A stretch of 63,688 bases of DNA, counting the filler, from Eremomyces bilateralis CBS 781.70 (taxonomy: Eukaryota), in the NCBI GenBank assembly GCA_010015585.1. It is 5 parts of 5 records of this genome, joined end to end, with 100 filler letters (N's around TTAATTAATTAA, not from the genome) between each part and the next. Parts side by side here need not be neighbours in the genome. Positions count along the whole stretch, not along the records: positions 54,977 to 62,195 come from ML975215.1; positions 62,296 to 63,688 come from ML975236.1; 3 more parts are not named here. One strand, written 5' to 3'. Shown here piece by piece: positions 56,539-63,688 of the stretch. The position numbers were made by a program, and so were the translations under genes. Position 1 is the first letter of the stretch, and every line of letters starts with the position of its first letter. Under the pieces are notes generated by a model. The model had not been told where the DNA came from, made no database searches, and saw only the letters and a list, made by a program, of their open reading frames with translations.

Positions 56539-56642
56539 GGGCGTGGTGGGCGTGGTAGGCGTGGTGGGAGTGGTAGGCGTGGTGGGAGTGATGGTAGTGA
56601 TGGTAGTGATGGAACACTAACATCGAGGCGTGGGCGTGGTAG
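56539..56642. repeat. 9-bp minisatellite GGCGTGGTR / GTGATGGTA
   Basis: Read directly from the sequence. Confidence 0.8.
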
Positions 56643-57149
56643 GAGAGGTCGTGGGAGCGGAGAGACAGTAATTATAGCGAGAAGAGGGCGGCTTTCATTA
56701 GATTGATCTGACCAATTAAATCGGTAGAAATGCTGTATCCCGTGGAGATGTAGCTTGACGCTGAAACAGGGGCATCACGATGCATCTCAGTGGCTTAAAA
56801 GTGGCTTAAAAACGCAGGCATGTCGATTAGCAGATTTTCCGAATTGGACCAATCAGTGCGCAGAATTTTGGAATCGCGTGATCTATTTCGCCCAAGGAGG
56901 CCATAGGAGGGATTGGGGGGGCCATTATAGCATTTCCCTAATTAAATTGTATTACAGGTACGAGGCACGAAATCCATCCTGTATCTTAATCCTTGTCCAA
57001 GGGATTCGTGTCTAGACTACCATAATCCGGCTTTCGTATTCGTGCCCACCGGCAGGACTGTAGGGCATCCTTACTTCGTGCACGGTCCCCAATAATGCAC
57101 GATTCGGTATCGCGAGATTGAGATGGAAATTAGAATATCTTCACCAATA

Positions 57150-57286
57150 TGAATTAAATTATGCTCGCTCTTGCTGCGTTAGCATTAGATAAGAAACTTA
57201 ATTATACTAAGATTGTAAATGAGTTTAGAATCAACCGTACGACGTTGTCTAGGAGGCATCGTCAGATTACCACCTCAAGGACCACA
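57150..57286 (+). pseudogene. pogo transposase N-terminal HTH relic
   Basis: NYTKIVNEFRINRTTLSRRHRQ resembles the HTH-psq. AT-shifted sequence. Confidence 0.6.
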
Positions 57287-57458
57287 GAGTGTTACGGCAC
57301 GGTAGCTGGATGCACACAACATACGCGTAGCCAAAGATATTCTAGATTGAGATGAAGAGTACAAGGTAGCTGTGACAGAGGAATCTTGATGAGGTTCCAT
57401 CTCTACGCTAGGTTTGATTAGGATTAGGCTCTCAGCCTATGCCAACCATGGGCCATGC

Positions 57459-57618
57459 GAGAGAGAGAGAGAGAGATTCATACGCCCGTCAGGCCTCTCG
57501 GCGAGGCCCATGTGGGGAACTACCTAAGCTGACTAATTACATACGTTGGTGCCTTGTGGCTTTGTGCCCCATTTTTCTATCTCCTTCTTCTATCTTCTCT
57601 AATTATCTGCTTCTAACA
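57459..57618 (-). repeat. SINE-like family D, longest copy
   Basis: (GA)n-TTCATACGCCCGTCAGGCCTCTCGGCGAGGCCCATGTGGGGAACTACCTAAGC... Confidence 0.85.
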
Positions 57619-57805
57619 GTGACAGTCTTGGGCTTCGCCCAGTCTGTGTGTTGTGGCCTTGCGGCCTAAGGCAGAAGGGATGGGTAGACCGTTTGCCCAC
57701 AGATGTAAATAGCAGATCGCAGTGAGAGAGATCTTCTCCTTCTCTCTTTAGCAATTCAACAGCGTTACCAGCTTACCAAATCCTTCGTGGTTTGGGCCCA
57801 TGACA
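57619..57805 (+). repeat. Solo LTR family A
   Basis: 187-bp match lacking the first T. Confidence 0.92.
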
Positions 57806-58219
57806 TTGGTGTCTAAAACAAATCATTTGCTAAATTAGATGCTATTTAACAGAGCCCGTTTTGGCAGAGCCCGTTTTGACAGACCTGTATACATGAAAAT
57901 CGTACATAACATCGGAACTCCTAAGCTGCTTGCCTATCATTATTAAGGTAAGAGTTTTTCTAGGGTTAGGCCTTGTCTACTTCGCAGCTGGCAGGTTTAA
58001 GAAGCAGGGACCAGGTGGGCGTTTTGGCTTTTCTATTATTAGAAATCTGCCAGAACGGCCAATGTCTACTACTCACTGGCAGGTTCGGAAGCTGCAGGTT
58101 CTTACTCTGTAGTCATGTTGCCAAGTCAAGATGTGTGACTTCGCGTAATAGCTTCAAGTTCCAAACTGACCTCTCTTATTAGCCATCCACCCTTCCCTTT
58201 TCATAACTATTTTATCATC

Positions 58220-59653
58220 ATGGGCGCAAAACGAGCCATCAAGAAGATCCAGGCCCAGATCGAGTTCGAGAATATGGATCCAACGTCTGAGTCGGATGCT
58301 ATGGCGGAGGAGAAGTCATTATCTCGTCGAAAGAAGAATCATACTCCGAAACCTACCAGAGCTACGAAAGCGGCGAATAAGAGGAGGAAAACACCAACTC
58401 CAGAGCCACCTATATCTCCCGAAGTTAATGATGAATCTGAGGCAGGAAGCCGAAGGTCAGATAGTGAAGTCCCGTTTGAAAGCTGGAGTCAAGAGGAGTC
58501 GCCTTCACACCCTCCACTACAGCGACCTCAGCAGCAAAATGAGGCCAAATCAACGCAATTACGACCTTCGAGTTCTCCTCCTCCGAAACGCAAATTTCCT
58601 CTTCCGATTACAGTACACCGTCTGCCTGACCAGCTATCGGCTTCGCAAATTATCGACCGCGGGGGCTCTGCTACACCAGCTCCCAACAATGGCAAGGCTC
58701 CGAGACTGCGCTGGACTGTCACTATGGAGGAGGAGATGTTGCAGGAGCTAAAAGTTGTCAATCAGGAAGGAAAAGGTTCAGATGGCGGCTTTAAGAAGAC
58801 GATTTGGGAACAGGTTGCTAGACGTGTGGGTAAAGCATATTCCGGCCCTGCGAAGGTTGAGTTCAAGAACTGCAAATCGAAGTTTGAAGATACTTACAAG
58901 GCAGATTGGTCTAAATGGCAAGAGCACCTTGGCAACGGACTTAGCGGATGGGGTGACGATGGTGAAGGGCTACCTCAAGCTGATCCTGAGACGATGGATC
59001 GTTACTTTAATGCCCGTCCTCATCTAAAGAAGTTGCGTCATAGCAAACCGAAGTTTCACGATTTGCTACAGGATATTCTTGGTGATAGGATGGCGACTGG
59101 GGCCTTTGCAAAGGCGTATGACGATGAAGCCTTTCAGGTGGATTCTGACTCTATGGAAGAGCGCTCGGATGAGGAAGGTAACAGTGAGAGCGATTACGGT
59201 ATATTCGGGTCGGCTGAAGCTTCACGGTCGTCATCAGTTTCGACTGAGCTATCGAAGTCCACTTCTGGATCGTCCCAGAAGATTAAGAAACGTTCAGAGG
59301 ATGCTAAGAGCTTTCGAAAGTCGATTGCAGAGAAGGAGGCAAAACGCCGCAAGCTAAAGCAATCGAAATCGTCTCAGATTATTAACAGCCTCGGTAACTT
59401 TAAAGACGAGGCAGAGGAGCTTGTAAATAGTATGATGAAGGAGTATAGGGCGGCGAACGAGAATCTAATTCGAAAGGCAGTTGCTTTAGCAAAGAAAGAG
59501 CTTAGTTCAAAGTGGCGAGATACGCAGCTATTTCAAGTTTTTGACCTGCTTCAAAATGAGGCAAAAGCAGACACGTTTCTAGAGTTAGATGATGCTGAAC
59601 AGAGGGTTAGCTGGGTTGAATACGAGCTACAGAAGGCCGGCGTACAGTTCTGA
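58220..59653 (+). CDS. Myb/SANT-like DNA-binding protein, 477 aa (PIF/Harbinger accessory-type)
   Basis: RLRWTVTMEEEML...SDGGFKKTIWEQVA...NCKSKF...LSGWG matches the Myb/SANT-like pattern. No Harbinger transposase is visible in this contig. Confidence 0.75.
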   Translation: MGAKRAIKKIQAQIEFENMDPTSESDAMAEEKSLSRRKKNHTPKPTRATKAANKRRKTPTPEPPISPEVNDESEAGSRRSDSEVPFESWSQEESPSHPPLQRPQQQNEAKSTQLRPSSSPPPKRKFPLPITVHRLPDQLSASQIIDRGGSATPAPNNGKAPRLRWTVTMEEEMLQELKVVNQEGKGSDGGFKKTIWEQVARRVGKAYSGPAKVEFKNCKSKFEDTYKADWSKWQEHLGNGLSGWGDDGEGLPQADPETMDRYFNARPHLKKLRHSKPKFHDLLQDILGDRMATGAFAKAYDDEAFQVDSDSMEERSDEEGNSESDYGIFGSAEASRSSSVSTELSKSTSGSSQKIKKRSEDAKSFRKSIAEKEAKRRKLKQSKSSQIINSLGNFKDEAEELVNSMMKEYRAANENLIRKAVALAKKELSSKWRDTQLFQVFDLLQNEAKADTFLELDDAEQRVSWVEYELQKAGVQF

Positions 59654-60358
59654 GGTCTAGAAGAAGAGATCTATTGAGTTATACTTTGTATATTGTTAGA
59701 TTTTTCTCGTCAGATTCTATCGACGGTATTGAAGGCGTTTGAGAAGTCTAACGACGTAATTCTACTGTAAACAAAATGGTTTGAACGGACTTTGGTAGAT
59801 CCGTTCAAAATTGTATGGGAGCATGGCATTTGGTCCGTGCAGGTTTGTATGTAGGTCCGTTCAAAACTTCAACTTGAACGGATGTACACCGAAACTGGGT
59901 CAATTCAGCTTAAATTTAGTAGACTCGCCTGCACCAATAAGGGCTTCTAGTTGGCCAAGTTTCGAGGTAAATAGTCATAGTTTCATTGAAATATAAGCAG
60001 TCAATGTTATTGCCGAGTTTGATGGGGTTCCGGGACGATTGGTCTAAGCGTAGAAGTAACAGCCACTGCCCACTGCCCACTACTCACTAGCCACGCCCAC
60101 GGCCTACCCCATCACATCAAGGGGCGCGGGCCGAGTCTAAAAGCGTGCCCGGGGAATCCATCCGACTGTGATACAATGTGATAGATGCTATGATATTCAG
60201 AGGAGGCGTCGATACGAAAATAAGTAGAGAAATAGTAATATAGTAGGCGCTGCGTCCCGTCAGTACAGGTAAGCGTTCAATTTCTATCCATCCATTTTAT
60301 TTTGCGCCAGTTTCCCGTTTATTCAGTTCATCGCATTGAGTATCCCGTTATAAGAGCA

Positions 60359-61226
60359 ATGGCGAGTCCCAACGAGTATTTTATACGTGTCCGATTCGGA
60401 TTAATCGCGTATAAGGAATGTAGGTATACTGTATGGCCGAGTGACGTCGTAAGCCATTTAAGCGGGCCGTACCACCGACTAAAGGGCACAGAAAGTCAAG
60501 AGATCGCAAGAGCGGTTCGTCGTTGGCGCGGATTAGTCCATGGCCATCGAGAATTCCAGGTTCCCGATGCCATTGAGGAGCCCATCGCCGCGTTACCGTT
60601 ATATGAAGATGGGTTCATATGTCGGAAAGACGGGTGTAAGCGAGTTTTCCGGGGACGGGATACTATAACCAAACATTGGCGGACCGAACACGGTTGGACT
60701 ATTAGTGGGAAACATGGACGAGGGCAAGCCGGTCGGCAGAATTAGGCTGCGAATATAGCGGCACAGAAACGGTTCGACGAGGCGGCCGAGAGGGTATTAT
60801 GTCAGCGGTTTTTCCCCAGCCGTCATTATTCACAGTATTTCCGCATTACCCCACACGTTCTAAGCCAGACGCCGCAGGAACGGATCGATTCGTAGAAGCG
60901 GATTCAATAGAAGGCCGAGCAAAAGTTCCAGGAGATCGAAAAGCGTATTCGAACTAATATCGAGGCCGGGGAGAAGGACGAGGCGAATCCATAGTTAGCG
61001 TGCAGTGGATGGCAGAAGTATTTGGGTGACTTAGACCGGGAGGATTTGATGGCGTCGGTGGCCAAGCCCGGCGATGGTGGGGAAGAGGCGGATCCATTAG
61101 AGTAAACGGTATGGAAGGCTATGACGGACGTTGCCCGGATCAGTCAAGAAACCGTGTTGAAAACCGGCATGTTTATCCGGCTAGAAGCCGTTCGGACGGA
61201 GGAGCATCAGACAAAGTACGTGCCGC
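60359..61226 (+). pseudogene. DUF3505/OrsD-like N-terminal fragment of a RecQ-associated mobile gene, truncated by LTR A
   Basis: C..C...SHL...H, PIAALPLYEDGFIC...KHWRTEHGW, VLCQRFF and EANP*L...GW..YL, with TAG stops. Confidence 0.65.
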
Positions 61227-61414
61227 TGTCATGGGCCCAAACCACGAAGGATTTGGTAAGCTGGTAACGCTGTTGAATTGCTAAAGAGAGAAGGAGAAGA
61301 TCTCTCTTACTGCGATCTGCTATTTACATCTATGGGCAAACGGTCTACCCATCCCTTCTGCCTTAGGCCGTAAGGCCACAACACACAGACTGGGCAAAGC
61401 CCAAGACTGTCACA
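61227..61414 (-). repeat. Solo LTR family A (no TSD)
   Basis: 188-bp reverse-complement match. Confidence 0.93.
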
Positions 61415-62195
61415 AAAGGTCTCTCCTCCCTTTTAAGGAGGCCGTCTATCTCCTGCCCTTAACGCTTCGGAAGCAATGTTTCGGCCCGTCTGAGCTTCGT
61501 AGTCATCTAATGCGACAGTATCTTAAACCATTGCGATATCCTCCTACGTCGGGTCTACGTAGCCGGTCTATTGGCACAGGCATTAGCGCTTCAGAGGTCC
61601 TCCTCGGCCTCGGCCGCGGCCTCGAACGACTCGGTCCGCCAGGATCTTTTCGAGCTCCTACTCTTTTTCGCTATCTACCAGTATTAGGTCTAGTTAAACA
61701 TCGTCTTAAACTTAAGTCGGGAAGGGATTATCTAACGTAGGGCGGAGAAGCGACTCGTGGAAAACGTTATAACGTTCCCCTGGTGTGTCAAGCCGATAGG
61801 CGCTTCCTCCGATGGCTTCTAAAACCGTGAACCGGTGGTGGAGCGGGCTAAGCTTTTTCTTTCGTAAACGGTCACTCTTCTAGTAGCGGATGTCGAGCCA
61901 AACTTTATCTCCTACTTAGTATTTCGGGGCTAGGTCCCGTCTCCGATTCGCGATATCTTCTTATCGTTATTACGCGTGAGCTATTATAGTCGATGCGAAC
62001 TCGTGGTACTATTTCAGTTTCCGGACTATCTCTACTCCTTTCTATTCCTTGCTAGTTAATAGCGCGTTATCGTTAGGGTTCGGGTCTGGCAGCTAGAGAG
62101 AGTCTCCTAAGTTCGGGTGATACCCATGGCTTAAGAAAAACGGGCTTATTGCTGTCGATGAGGCCGTTCGTGCGAGCACGGAGGCTTGAAGAGTT
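61415..62195 (-). pseudogene. RIP-degraded Ty3/gypsy integrase C-terminal relic
   Basis: SSTAISPFFLSHGYHP-type motif near 62120-62170. Stop-riddled. Confidence 0.55.
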
Positions 62196-62296
62196 NNNNN
62201 NNNNNNNNNNNNNNNNNNNNNNNNNNNNNNNNNNNNNNNTTAATTAATTAANNNNNNNNNNNNNNNNNNNNNNNNNNNNNNNNNNNNNNNNNNNNT

Positions 62297-63688
62297 GGCA
62301 AAGCCCAAAAACACTCTGACTTCATGTACTGTGGTTGGTTCAGGCCAAGACGTTATTGTCTCGGTCTTTCCGACGTCCATTTGAATACCCTTTTCGGTAA
62401 TTCGGTAGCCAAGGAAGTCTATTTCCTTCTGATGAAAGCTACATTTCGACACTTTGCAGTACAACCGCCATTGGCGTAGCCGTTCCAGCACGGCACGCAC
62501 ATGTTGCACGTGATCTGCCTCGTTCTCCGAGAAGATCAGTATATCATCTAGATATACAATCACAAACGTGTCCAACAAGTCCGCAAGGGCCTCGTTGATG
62601 TAAGCTTGAAACGCAGCTGGAGCGTTGGCTAAGCCGAAGGGGACGACGACATATTCAAAGTGACCATAACGGGTCCGAAAAGCTGTCTTTTCTTCGTCTC
62701 CCCTACGGATGCGCAACCGATGGTACGCATCACGCATATCCAGGGCTGTAAACCGTCGGCCTCTTACCAGGCGGTCTAGGGACTCCTGAATCAGGGGCAA
62801 TGGGTGCCGATTCTTCTTGGTCACCGCATTTAAGCCCCGGTAGTCGACGCATAAGCGGAGACTACCATCCTTCTTCTTCACAAAGAGGATTGGTGCCCCT
62901 GCTGGGGACTTTGACCGCCGAACCCAACCTCTCTTCAGGTTGGTATCTATATATTCTCTCAATACACGGAGTTCCGTCTCTGAGAGATTGTATATAGGGC
63001 CCCATGGCGCTTTCTTGCCCTCTTCGAGCTCAATCGCGAAGTCATTAGGGCCATGCGGTGGTAATTCAGACGCAAGCTTGTCTGAGAAGACATCCGAGTA
63101 GTCTTCATACTCCGCCGGGAGCGTACCTGGCCTGTTCGGTACCAAAAGGTCCAGAATCTCCAGCGCTCCGGCAAAGAAGGCACTTCCCAATGAAGCAGAG
63201 AACTTCTCAGGGTCAATCATACCAACTTTATAGAATCTACGACGATTCCTTTCATTTCTCCAGCGCAATGTGCGCTGTGCGAAGTCAATATCAGGGTTCC
63301 AGGCTTCTGCCCACGGAAAACCTAACACGACGTCATATTTGTATAGGTTCGCGACCCAAAATTGTACCTCGCCAGTACGGAGCGACTCATAAGAGTCCTT
63401 TACTCCTATGGCTAGGGTGCATTTCCCCAAAATGGGCACAATTTGACCGTTGATTGACTTCGCAGTCATCGATGGAGTAGGCTCAATGGCCAACCCCATC
63501 GCATCGGCTATTCGTTGGGACAGGAGAGTGTTCTCACAGCCCGTATCGAATAGCCCTGGAACCTCTTCGGACCCCTTCGGGCCCTTCAGGTTCACATCTA
63601 TGAGGAGTCGGTTCCTACCGTCCTCAAAGGTGACTGCGCCGACCACGTTATCATTATCGGCGTTTTTGGGGCACTTACGCGTCCAGTG
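62297..63688 (-). mobile_element. Ty3/gypsy pol fragment (end of Gag knuckle, protease, RT), cut by the gap and the window edge
   Basis: HWTRKC in frame, then LFDTGC (protease), KKKDGSLRLCVDYRGLN, PFGLANAPA and VYLDDIL. Confidence 0.93.

Overview
Eukaryotic, filamentous-ascomycete-type DNA (short GT-AG introns, RIP-like C->T decay), dominated by transposons. It is not one contiguous locus. Four N-gaps carry the artificial linker TTAATTAATTAA, so the window is at least five joined contigs: about 1-20994, 21095-39390, 39491-54876, 54977-62195 and 62297-63688. Mobile content includes intact pogo/Fot1 and Tc1 (DD34E) DNA transposons, a Copia element, a CRE/MoTeR-like RLE-type non-LTR element, Helitron-like Rep and PIF1 relics, Ty3/gypsy relics, several solo-LTR families and a (GA)n-tailed SINE-like repeat. 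Cellular-type genes include a CCCH-finger protein, a DnaJ protein, GTP cyclohydrolase I, a 4-enzyme fusion (methyltransferase/FAD oxidase/P-loop kinase/PRTase), a deaminase-MYND protein, a SAM methyltransferase and a truncated SGNH hydrolase. The top candidate for a new system is an apparently intact 7-kb hAT transposon (21095-28133). Besides its transposase it carries a divergent histone H3-like gene and a 421-aa orphan gene, and its introns and intergenic spacers are seeded with paired GACTACCACA motifs. This architecture suggests a transposon-encoded chromatin or anti-silencing module. Two other elements show their own motif enrichments: AACATGTT in introns, and CTATTG throughout the Copia ORF.
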